In this document: positions 1 through 11,052 of the stretch, one piece after another
Layout of the letters: each line of letters opens with the position of its first letter
How positions within the stretch are numbered: the stretch's first letter is position 1
From: Takakia lepidozioides
Lineage: Eukaryota; Plantae; Bryophyta
Assembly: GCA_030704615.1 (NCBI GenBank)
Contig: CM060733.1
Span: forward strand, 8,556,001-8,620,000
Direction of reading: 5' to 3'
DNA length: 64,000 bases
Program-made: the position numbers and the translations under genes
The notes under the pieces: model-generated
What the model was told of the DNA's origin: nothing
Seen by the model: only the letters and a program-made list of their open reading frames with translations
Database searches by the model: none

Positions 1-1510
1 GGGTGTTTTGAACATGGCAGACTGGCCCTGTATGGCACATTTTCACATCAAAAAACAAGCAAAGTGGGGGGCACAAACAGTGTGCGTTGCCACACACTGT
101 TTCGTGCTTCCAATTGGGGGTGTTTTGAACATGGCAGACTGGCCCTGTGTGGCCCATTTTGACATAAAAAAATAAAACAAATTGGGGGGCACAAACAGTG
201 TGCGGCTACGCACACTGTTGTGTGCTTCCATATAGGTGTAATTTGAACATGGCAGACAGCCCTGGTGTGACACATTTTGACATAGAAAAACAAGCAAAGT
301 GGGGGGCACAAATAGTGTGCGTTGCCGCACACTGTTTCGTCCTTCCATATAGGTGTGATTTGAACATGGCAGACTGACCATGTGTGGCCCATTTTGACAT
401 CAGAAAACAAGCAAAGACGGTGACATCAGAAAACAAGCAAAGATGGGGGCACAAACAGTGTGCGTTACCGCACACTGTTTCGTGCTTCCATCTTGGTGTG
501 ATTTGAACATGGCAGACTGGCCCTGTGTGGCATTTTTTGACATCAGAAAAGAACCAAAAAGGGGGGCACAAACAGTGTGCGTTGCCGCACACTGTTTGGT
601 GCTTCCAATTAGGGGTGTATAGAACATGACAGACTGGCCCTGTGTGGCACATTTTCACATCAAAAAACAAGCAAAGAGGGGGGCACAAATAGTGTGCGTT
701 GCCACACACTGTTTTGTGCTTCCATATATAGGTGTGATTTGAACATGGCAGACAGCCTTGGTGTGACACATTTTGACATCAAAAAACAAGCAAAGTGGGG
801 GGCACAAACAGTGTGCGTTGCCGCACACTGTTTCGTGCTTCCATCTAGGTATGTTTTGAACATGGCAGACTGGCCATGTTTGGCCCATTTCAACATCAAA
901 AAACAAGCAAAGTGGGGGGCACAAACAGTGTGCGTTGCCACACACTGTTTCGTGCTTCCATCTAGGTATGTTTTGAACATGGCAGACTGGCCATGTTTGG
1001 CCCATTTCGACATCAAAAAACAAGCAAAGTGGGGGGCACAAACAGTGTGCGTTGCCGCACACTGTTTGGTGCTTCCATCCTTATGTGATTTGAACTTGAC
1101 AGGCAGCTCTGGTGTGACACATTTTGACATAGAAAAAAACCAAGTAGAGGGGCACAAACAGTGTGCGGCAACGCACACTATTTCGTGCTTCCATCTAAGT
1201 GTGTGTGATACACCACAGACTGGCCTGGTCTGGTACAGACTGGCCTGGTCTGGTTCATTTTGACATGAAGAACAAGCAAAAAAGAGGGGCACAAACAGTG
1301 TGCGTTGCCGCACACTGTTTCGTGCTTCCATCCAGCTACATTTTGACATGGCAGACTGGGCTGGTGTGGTACAGTTTGACATAAAAAACAAGCAAAGCAG
1401 GGGGGCACAAACAATGTGCGTTGCCGCACACTGTTTCGTGCTTCCATGTAGGTGCTTTTGATACATGGCAGACTGGGCTGGTGAGGTACATTTTGAAATA
1501 AAAAAACAAC
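1..1510. repeat. Tandem array of ~117-119-bp units (12 in window, truncated by window start), each with a palindromic core
   Basis: Core GCACAAACAGTGTGCG-TTGC-CGCACACTGTTTCGTGC recurs at about 71, 189, 306, 449, 565, 683, 802, 919, 1036, 1153, 1289 and 1405. Inter-core sequences are also homologous to each other. The many overlapping ORFs here are artefacts of the repeat. Confidence 0.95.
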
Positions 1511-2450
1511 AAGATGAGGGGTTGTCGTGACAGACTTGTACCTTTCTTTGTGTTGCGTTGGATGTCTCTCCAATCGCAGGAGACCCTTTGCGCTTCGGAC
1601 TGCTGTCTACACCGAGCATGTTCTGGAGCATCTCCGCCATCCTCTTTTCCACTGTCTGCTTCTTCATGAGGCCACCATCAACATCCTCTTCGGCGTCCGT
1701 CTCTCCCTCGGATGCAGTCTCCTCCTCACCCATTCTCGGCAGTATGGGGGGATGTTGTTCATCTCCAAAATCCTGCTCTTGCATCGCCAACCTTTCCTCA
1801 TTGCCCTCATCTTCCTCTTTTCCCTCTTCGTCTACTCTTTCCAACCTCATTCTATCTCTGGCTCTCTTCCTCTCCCTAGTGCTGGTAAAGTATAGCGACT
1901 TCCTTCTCTTCTTCCTCCGGTGGAAACAAACGCTCCCCATGCTACCTCTAAAGCTCTCCAGTTTAACGTTTGCACCAACGGTTGCTTTGGCATGTATCCA
2001 AAATACGATTTGGACATTGTTAACCGTATTTGGATGCGGGTGTCATCATTATGTGCGAACGGAATTCATCCATTTCTCCATCTTTCAATTACCCAAAAAA
2101 ATAAGTGGTGACACTTCAATTGCCGTTCCGTCTACTTGTGGGATATGTCAGATGTACTTCGCCGGCTGCCAGTACACGACAGGCTTCTTGTATTCATGGA
2201 AATTGAGAAGCGCCGTAAAAATCGATCGCGAGTCGAATTTTTTAGAGTACTTGCACATTGGCAATAATTGTGATGCTTCACATATGCATCCACGTATGTT
2301 GTACTGCCTATCCTGTGATTTGCATTTCGCCATCGCCGGCGCAATGCAGTCATTTCGGCATAAAGCTTGATGTCGGCAATCGTAATGTGTTGCGTACCTT
2401 CGTGCGGAGTGTCCCCCTGAGTGTCAGTGTTTGTGTTGTGCTCTTCTGGC
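1510..2450 (-). pseudogene. Degenerate ORF with a charged/acidic segment, probably a transposon accessory gene
   Basis: ORF 660..1940(-) begins RRKKRRKS...RERKRARDRMRLERVDEEGKEEDEG and runs into the repeat array. Upstream frames are broken. No family recognised. Confidence 0.3.
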
Positions 2451-2848
2451 ACAACACAAACAAATTTGATTCGGGGTATCCTGTTTATTGGACTCGTGGG
2501 GCCGTTGTCGTCTTTCCATAATGTATGGCTTCATATCCTTTGCAGGGTTTGCTTTTCATCCAAACACTATACGGCTTCTTGTGGCTTCTTGTCTTTGAAG
2601 ACAATTTTTCTAGTTGGTGTCTCTCAGTGTGGCTGACTATGGAGTTCGGTGTAGACTTTCACCGTGCATGTTATTCTTACAGAAGATTGTAAATACCAAA
2701 ATCCTTTGCATACATCACCCGCAGTCATTGGGACAGTGCTACCCTTATTCACCTCATTTCGTTTGGGGTGCATCCCCTCTCGAGAATTACGAGCTATCAG
2801 TTCGGGGGACCCTTTGTGGATCACAACTTTGGGTCAGTGTAGGAAAAC

Positions 2849-3560
2849 ATGTCCAGGGAGGGAGACAAACTCGCTCGATTTCATTCCAATGCAGGTAGTC
2901 TTTCACTGACTGCCACTGCAGATGACGATGGGTTTGCAGTTGTGGATGAGCTGGTTACAATGTTCTCTCTTGAATTGGGTTCTCTGCTTGTTCAAAAAGA
3001 AGTGTATGACGAGGATGGGAATTTGGATTCTGGGCACTTGCAAAAACCATTGGTTGGTGAGTGTGGGAGGAAGTGGAGAGTCCTTCCAGGCACATACCGG
3101 GTCCTTGGAAAAGAGAGAAGACAATCAGCAGGATCAGTAGTTACCCCTGGCACTGCAGCATCGGTTGTTCAGCAGAAGGGCACAGTTCATGTGAAACAAG
3201 AGGTGAGCACATCCACTACATTCGTGACTCTTTCAGACTCGTCCTCGGAGGATGTTTCTGAGATTCCTCCGCCAGTCCAGACTCCATTCTTGGATGATGA
3301 CGAATTGCAGGAGATAATGAGTTCCAGTGGAGTAGCTGGACTTCTGCAGGGCATGGACAAGAAACATGACGGACACCCTTGGTGCAACATTGAACATCCA
3401 CAATGACATTGGATTGAAATTTCGAAGGTCGGTTTGCGTTGGACATTGCAAGTGCCTGAATACTTCTTGCCCTCGCCTGAGAAACAGCTCTAAACCAAAC
3501 GAAAGTGAGTGGGAAGGAATGCCCTTGAATCCTTTCACACCAGGGCTTGCCCCTCCCAAG
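2849..3560 (+). mobile_element. Frameshifted, truncated Cys/His-rich GCM-like (WRKY-GCM1 fold) transposon ORF
   Basis: MDKKHDGHPWC (ORF 2849) joins, after a frameshift near 3390, NIHNDIGLKFRRSVCVGHCKCLNTSC...NESEWEG..PFTPGLAPP (ORF 3366). From memory this resembles GCM-domain ORFs of bryophyte DNA transposons. It stops abruptly at the CACTA terminus at 3561. Confidence 0.5.
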
Positions 3561-4260
3561 CACTACAACAAAATCCGGCTTTTACGTCTGTTATTTTCCA
3601 GTCGTATCAGCCTTTTATGACTGAATGACTGCCCAATCAGATAAACCCAGTCAGTTGTGACAAATGAGTCGTAAACATCATAGAGTCGTATCTACCAGTC
3701 GTGGAGCTCACTGTTGACGTGGCAACGGGGACGCCTAATCATAGTCATTGATAGGACCATAGTAAATGACTGCGAATCCATGTCAGCTTCAAGTGGAACG
3801 GAAGGGATATGCCACGTGTCACGTCAAAGGGAAGGCAACAGGGTCTTCACGACTGGCATATACGACTTCCGCGGATTAACCCCAGGACAGCACGTGGAGA
3901 ATACCAAGAACGACACGTGGCATGACAGGGTGCCTTCCGCAGATTAACCCCAGGACAACACGTGGATTAGACTGGACATAATACGTGGCATGACAATATG
4001 GAGCGGGAGGGTCTTTCGTGACTGGCATATATGACTTCAGACGTTTAATCCCACGTCCACACGTGGAGTCAAATTATGCAGGATGGGGTGGGGTGGTCAT
4101 TATGACTGGAACATATGACTTCCATGGCGCACTCTGGATACTGCACGTGGCACGAGTATGGGCAAACACGAGGGGTGAAAGTGGCACGTGGCGGAGGCTC
4201 TGTGGATGGGAAGTAGTCGTGTACACGACCGTAGCATTGAAACACGAAAGCACCATTGAA
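3561..4260 (+). mobile_element. CACTA (En/Spm) transposon left terminus with subterminal repeats
   Basis: CACTACAACAAAA at 3561 is a canonical CACTA TIR. It is followed by repeated GACTGGCATATA(C/T)GACTTC-like motifs (~3851, 4020, 4104) and AGTCGT/ATGACT motifs. No convincing right end was found. Confidence 0.7.
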
Positions 4261-4699
4261 AATATACAAAAACACCATTGAAACATGAAAGCACATATGA
4301 AATTGGAACATCGATTCAAATACAACGTGACTTAATGTTCAGAGATCTGTTCCATAATCTAATCCTCTGCTACAAAAATGCACAAAGCTGCAAAGTCTTA
4401 GTAGACTTCCAAATGCCTGAGCAGAAGATGCATACACTGGCTTGGCCGGACTTGGTCACCCACCTTCAACTGCCATCCAGCCCGAAAACGGCAGAAGATA
4501 CATAAGCAAGCTTTCAGGCAATATAGCAATAGCAACATTGACATATGTGAAACAAACTAACATTGCTAAGAATGTCTAAGCACCATTACACAAACTTGAT
4601 GTGTGCAAAATGGAAAATTGCAGGTAGGGAACCCTTACCCCATTCTGACAGTCAAGGACTAGAGGTTTGGGAGTTGTCTTGTGATAGGTAGCGCGGTGG

Positions 4700-4835
4700 C
4701 TGCAAGCATCGCACTCCACGACACCACATCTCATTCAGCCATAGTGTTGAACACTCCTTTACATCCTCGATGCACCCACATTTGGCATACATGTCCACCA
4801 TGGAAGTATTCAGAATGACATCTGGTAATTGACGA
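4700..4835 (-). pseudogene. PLS-class PPR gene fragment
   Basis: PDVILNTSMVDMYAKCGCIEDVK, then a frameshift into VFNTMAE*DVVSWSAML. A second AERDVVS fragment lies at ~6550-6575. Confidence 0.75.
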
Positions 4836-4860
4836 CATATACCTTTTTGCCTCGGTTGTC

Positions 4861-6575
4861 CCACCGTTGACTGGGGTCAGAAAAGTATTCATTCCACAGC
4901 TTCTCTTCATCTCTGTTACCTGTTTTTTGATACTTTCCTGTTGTCACATTGGCAGTATCATGTCAAAGTCACTCCAAACTATCAAAGGTTCATTCAACCA
5001 GCTAACCGATTCTGATAAGAGGGAAAAACAGGGTGAAATGTGTTGAAGAAGGTGCCTTCATTAGCAATGCCTGATTTTATCAATTGTGCTGATGCTGCTG
5101 CGGCAAAACAGGCAAAGATTGAAACACAGCCTGCTAAGACCAAGCTAACTCTCCTACCATGGATCCACCAACAAGCTAACTTGCAGAATTCAACATGAAA
5201 ATGTAGGGACGACTCTGATAGCAGGGAAAAACAGGGGGAGATGTGTTGAAGAAGGTACCTTCATTAGCAGTGCCTTGTTCTACCAATTGTGTTGTTGCCA
5301 CTGTTGTTTCCAGTTTACCATCTACCCACTTGTAGCTACTGATCCACAGGGAATCAGACCCTAAACTTGTTTGAAATTCGGCCCTCTTGGATGAATCTGG
5401 ACCTCTATCCCCGGTCCTTCAGCTATCCCTGCCTGTGTACAATCATGAATACATCCTCAGCCTTGCTGCTAGCAGCTGACACTGACGGCGTGAAGTTCTT
5501 CCAGCAAACAACCCAACCCTACTTGTCAAAGTCACCCCAAACCACCACAGATCCACCCAACGAGCTAACTTACAGAATTCAATATGCATCTCAGGGCCGA
5601 GTATGATGAGAGGGCAAAACAGGTTGAAATAGGTCGAAGAAGAAGGTGCCCTCACCACATTGTCCTTGATAAGAGGAAAAAATAGAGTGAAATGTGTTGA
5701 AGAAGGTGCCATCATTAGCAGTGTCTGATTTTATCAAGTGTGGCACCGCTGCTGCTGTGGCTTCCAGTTGACCATCTACCCATGTAGGTCTTGTAGCTAT
5801 CCTTCCACAAGGAATCGTAGGTAATGTGGAGCTTGAAATGCGGCTTCTTGGATGAATCTGGACCCACACTCTATCCCTGCTCCTTCAGCTATCCATGCCT
5901 CCGCACAAATCATGCATACATCATTCCTTTGCTGCTAGCAGCTGACAATGACAGCCTACATCTGTTCTAGGAAACACCCAACTCAACTTATCACTCTAGT
6001 TTCTATGCTCAATTGCATCTGATACTCTTTGTAATCCAACATGCATTCACCTTTTTGCTCGATTGTCCCACTGTTAACTGGGTCAGAAAAGTATTCATTC
6101 CACAACTTCTCCTCGTCTCTGTTACCTGATTCTGGATACTTATCCTGTTGTCACATTGGCAGTATCATGTCAAAGTCACTCCAAACTATTTAAGGTTCAT
6201 TCAACCAGCTAACTTGCAGAATACAACATTTAGGGCCGATTCTGGTAAGAGGGAAAAACAGGGTGAAACGTGTTGAAGAAGCCTTCATGAGTTGTGCCTG
6301 ATTTTATCAATCGTGCCGATGTTGCTGCGGCTTCCAGTTGACCATCTATCGATGCAGGTTTCTTGTAGCTATCCTTCCACAGGGAGTCATAGGTGATCTG
6401 AAGCTTGAAATCCGGCCCTCTTGGATGAATCTGGACCCACACTCCATCCGTGCTCCTACAGCTATCCATACCTTTGCACAAATTATGCATACATCCTTGC
6501 CTTGTTGCTAGCAACTGACAATGACAGCCTAGAATTCATGCAGCAAACACGACACTACATCTCGTTCAGCCACAC
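4861..6575. repeat. Degenerate local segmental/tandem duplications
   Basis: Block 4861-5006 is repeated at 6068-6213. The motif GAGGGAAAAACAGGGTGAAATGTGTTGAAGAAGG recurs at ~5019, 5221, 5608, 5672 and 6249, with a shared downstream TTGGATGAATCTGGACC...GCTAGCAGCTGAC in three copies. Confidence 0.85.
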
Positions 6576-8471
6576 CACCCAAACCCTGCGCATTCGATGT
6601 CAAAAACGGGACTTCTTGAAAATGTTTTGCGCTGGCTTCTGTACTCCTAATTCCCTTTCCTCTTCCCCTGGGTAATCCTCCACAATCTGCATTGCTTTTG
6701 TTTCTCATCATCAACCGTAATCATCACCATCCTGATCTGTATCATCTGCTGTGGCAGAAAATGACAGTCCAGCCATTCGGGTTAAGAGCACGAGATGCTG
6801 CACTGTACTAGTCTCCTCACTTAGATGGATCCACGGCATATTCATGAAGTTATGCTAAATTTCACCTACCCCGTTGATCTTTCTTGGGTCTTCTTCGGTG
6901 TGTCGGAGCATATGCTCTGACCGCTAGCATCCATGGCCGCCATCACCTTCTTTTACCAGCCCATATGTGAGAGCCAACTGAGCAGTGGTTCGATGAGACA
7001 CGGAATGCAGTTGATATGCACATTGTTTTGTGGAGGAAAGATTATGTTTTAGAAATGGGTTCTCTCCCCAGCTTCATGGCATATTCTTCATTGCATTCCC
7101 TCTGTCTGCATTTACCCTTAGCGTGTAGAGAGCACAAAGTGTGGGAATGCTTTCGAATCGGCATTTCCTTTCTCCCAAGCGACGTAGGCATTGACGCTGA
7201 CGCTAGCGTTGGTCGGTGCCGAAGTACTCCAGTACCATCTTCCATCTTGCATAGTTTGCTGTTTGCCAACGCTCCACAGGGCCCACACTCCAGAATTCCA
7301 AGCTTGCTGGTTCACACTGTGGTCAACGCCGACAGGTTCGTATCAAGCCCTCATTCCATCGCAGCTTTTGTGTTCACACACATGACTGCTCTGAAGAGAA
7401 GCTTTGGTTCTGAAAAGCAGTCTGGCTCAATTGGTGGCAGATTGGGGAATTTGGCTGCCGGCTGGTTATGGTCTCACTCAGGATATAGGCCTTATCTAGA
7501 AAGCTTAAATATTACCTTGGTGGATCGGTGGAAGGACTTGAGGTCCTACACATGTTCTACTAGTAGAATTTCATATAGATCTACCTTTCCAGGTTCTTGC
7601 TTCCGTCAGATTATTTCTTCAGATAGTGAACGCCCAAAAGACAGGTGTGGCTAATAAATGGTATGATGCGTGAGATCCTGAAGGCCTGTTCAAAAATGCC
7701 AGGCCATTTCTTGCTTGACCTTTAAGCATCTTGAGGCATCAGTTCCAGATATGCCCTTGGTACCTTCGATACTGCTGACGCATTTAAGGACTGACTACTG
7801 GAAGTCGTTTTCTACTCCTTTTTTGGTAAAATGAAAGCCAACATGCCGATCAAAGTGGAGATGTGGGCTCCACCGGGGTCGCCAAATTGGATCGTTTGAT
7901 TTGAGCTTCAATCTTGCATGATTCCTTTCCCACATCGATCTTGCCAGACTGAAGCGGTATAAATGCAGCCCGACTCCCCTTTGTTCGACGGGGTGGTCCA
8001 GTACTTGCCGGTAACACCGTTGTGCGCTGCCTCCCAGAGCACTGCCCACATGTGAGCTCCCTTTCACTTAGGAACCGAGTTTGTCAGGAATAGGTTGGAC
8101 TTGAAGCTTGGATGAGACGAGAGGGACAGGAGTCCATTGAACGCAAATGGTGTCATGTAATTGTGAAATCTTTGAAAGTATTGTCGTAGCTTCTGTAGTT
8201 TACGGGTGACCATGAGACGGAGATGTGAGGTGCTGGTAGATTTCAATGTCAATTTGTGGACAGCATTCCATTGTGTGATCTGCAGCTTAGTGTCTAGGTT
8301 ACTAAGCCATTAATCGACATGATTTATCTACAATTTTGTTTCATTACATGAATGCACGTTCACGAATCAGTCCTCAGGATCCTGCCTCTGTCTCAGTATT
8401 TACTGACCCTTGAGCTGGGTAATCAGTGTCTGCAGAGTGGAGGGTCGAGCCTAAAGCCTACTTGAGACGAT

Positions 8472-10037
8472 ATGGCGTCCACATTATTGACAGTGCTCAT
8501 TCTGGGAATGTTGTGCGTTGCCGCAGAGGCACAGAGCTTCGATTTCTTCTACTTTGTCCAGCAGGTGAGCTCCTCATCATCAACATGGAGCTAAGAAGCT
8601 TCTCAATTTCATAATGTTAGATGTACCAAACGGTCATTCTATGTTTGCACCACGAGAGAGAGCTTCCTTTGAGGCGCTGGTCCAGGATACAACCCCATGT
8701 AGATATATACAGTGGTGCAATCCAGGGCCCACTGGACGTTTATTGATGGATCGTGATCTCGCGCTCCATACCAGAACTCTTCGTACAACTTCCTGAAAGA
8801 TCATGACATTTGGCTATGGTTGGAACGTTGGAACCTTGAGAGAGAGTACTTCGCAAATTGTTTGGGTGATGTTCATCACTATGTACAATTGACGAGTGAA
8901 ATCTCTTAAAGTTCATGATCATTCCCTGAGGTTTCTTTCTTTCGTTCATTCTGGACACGGCCGCTGAGGGGATTTGAGGTTGGGGGTGGTGGGCAGTGGC
9001 CAGGGTCTTACTGTGATACAAGCGCAGGGTGTTGTTACTCAACAGGAGGAAAGCCCAGAGCGGCCTTCTCCATTCACGGGCTATGGCCCAACAACAACGA
9101 TGGCTCCTACCCATCTAACTGCGGTGGCGCTGCCTTCGATGTCAATACGGTATAAATCCTTTCAGTATTTTTGTCCATGCTCTCAAATATTTCCTTCTTT
9201 CCTAAAGGCCGATCCTGTAATGTGTGAACTCGAAGGCGTGTTCATACTACATATCCGTGATGCAATTAGCTTCAGTCGTCTTCCATTTCAGTTTCAATAC
9301 ATGGGCTTTGTGGGTAGCAGATATCAGACCTTCGAACTAGCTTGAACAGAGACTGGGGGTCCTTGGCATGCCCATCAAGCAACAGTAACCATTTTTGGAC
9401 TCACGAATGGACAAAGCATGGCACATGCTCTGGATTGGCAGAGCACGACTACTTTCAAGCCGCCATTAACATCTACAACCAATATGACCTCACTGCTGCT
9501 CTTGCCTCAGCCGGTATGTAATCACAATTATCCTACGCTAGTCTGCAACAAAATGCTCGCCTGCCCATCCTAGAAAAGCAGTGACTCTCTTTAGAGGTGA
9601 GGGGTCGTCGTGTAGCGTCACTCCTCGCTTCGATGAGACTGCCTCCCCTCTGCCTCCTCAGCTCTATCACTCTGGACTTGCTGTAGACCTCCTTAATTTA
9701 CCCAGGCGTTATGAAGATTTCTGACACGTTGGTTGTTGGAGCGGGATTTCTCACTGCCCCCACCTTCTCTGAGTATATGTCTGATCTTTTGCTATGAATT
9801 AAACCGTCTTCAGGAATTCAGCCAGATGGGAACCAATACAATGTAGCAGATATCCAAAGTGCCTTACAGAGCAGCCTCGGCCAGGCCCCTGGCATCGAAT
9901 GCAACACAGACCAGAATGGAAACCGGCAATTATACCAGATCTACGTGTGCCTCTCCACCGATGCATCCTCTGTAGTCTCCTGCCCCGTTCTCCCAAGCAA
10001 TGAGTGCTCCGGATCAGTAACTTTCCCAAGCTTTTAA
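8472..10037 (+). CDS. Secreted class I RNase T2 (RNS1/RNS3-like), 4 exons
   Basis: Exons 8472-8564 (MASTLLTVLILGMLCVAAEAQSFDFFYFVQQ, signal peptide), 8997-9149 (WPGSYCD...FSIHGLWP, CAS I), 9321-9513 (FWTHEWTKHGTCS, CAS II) and 9814-10037 (PGIECNTD...QLYQIYVC...FPSF*). All introns are GT-AG and in phase. Confidence 0.96.
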
Positions 10038-10329
10038 GACAAATACATGAGAGAGCTCTAGGACCAATTTTGAGTAGGAAACTCCTGCGCCTAGATCAAC
10101 GATGTGACATAGACCGAACTCGTGTTGTTTTGACTCAAATACTGAGTCCATTGTATCAATTCTCAATTCTTCCGTAAGGAGCAAGAGCTTTCAGATGCTT
10201 GGGCATCTCAAATTCATGTGTGGGGTTACACTGAACCAATAGGATGTGTAGTGTACACGCTCACACTACATTGGCGTGAGAAAAGTCTATAAAATACATG
10301 AATGAACTGTCATCATCTCTCACGATGCA

Positions 10330-10500
10330 TCAAGCACAAGCCGGCCCACATAGGAGCTTTGCAAAATCGGTACTAGGTATTGTGTTGAAAGGACGCCCAA
10401 CCTGTCGCACCACAATAAAGTGTCAAGCTTCCGCCGCTTTTCCTTACCAAAACCATGGCTGGATTGGCTATGGCGCACGACATCATCAACTTGGTGATCA
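10330..10500 (-). mobile_element. Possible highly decayed Ty3/gypsy RT N-terminal remnant
   Basis: One minus frame reads ANPAMVLVRKSGGSLTLYC, similar to the gypsy RT motif SP(I/V)VLVxKKDGSLRLCVD. It is short and broken. Confidence 0.25.
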
Positions 10501-11052
10501 TTGTGTTCATCTTCTTCGAGATATTTGACAACCGTAGTCTTTAGAGTCGAGGGTGGGCTCTTCAACGAGGCGACTCTTATGATAGCAGGGAGATGGTGGG
10601 TGAAGAGCATGACGTGAAAACTACTCTCGTTTCTCGAAACCTTCTTTCCATTTCTCAAATTCCTGTTCTGATACTTCGCTCTGTGGGTGTCAAGATTTCG
10701 AATGAGAACCCAAGATTGTTTAGTCTTTCTCAGGAATCACAACCGTTCACATGGGGAGGGAAAGACCGTTTGAACGAGTTGGGGATCCTTCAAGACGTGA
10801 ACGTGGTGATAGAAGCTAGCACTGGGTATTTGAATCCATTCGTGCATTGATCGTTGCCACTTCTGAGTCCGGGATTGGGATGAGAATGCCTCAGTGATGG
10901 CTTTCAGATACATTTGGAAGGACGATGAAGATCCGTGGGTTGGGTAGTCATGCTAGTTTACATCATAGTTTACAATTAGGGTTCGTTCATCGCGCATTCT
11001 TTCAAACGTGTGTTCAAAACGTTGGGAATCCTTGAAGGGCAGTTCAGGTAAG

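Noticed and set aside
43-1263. Long Cys/His-rich ORFs in several frames
   Set aside because: They are translations of the tandem repeat on both strands, with no coding signature.
1-1510. CRISPR-like array (palindromic repeats with regular spacing)
   Set aside because: The spacers are homologous to each other rather than unique, there are no cas genes, and the context is spliced eukaryotic genes.
7016-8252. 212-aa ORF and neighbouring ORFs
   Set aside because: No recognisable motif or splice-consistent structure. Possibly decayed retroelement sequence, but I cannot support a call.
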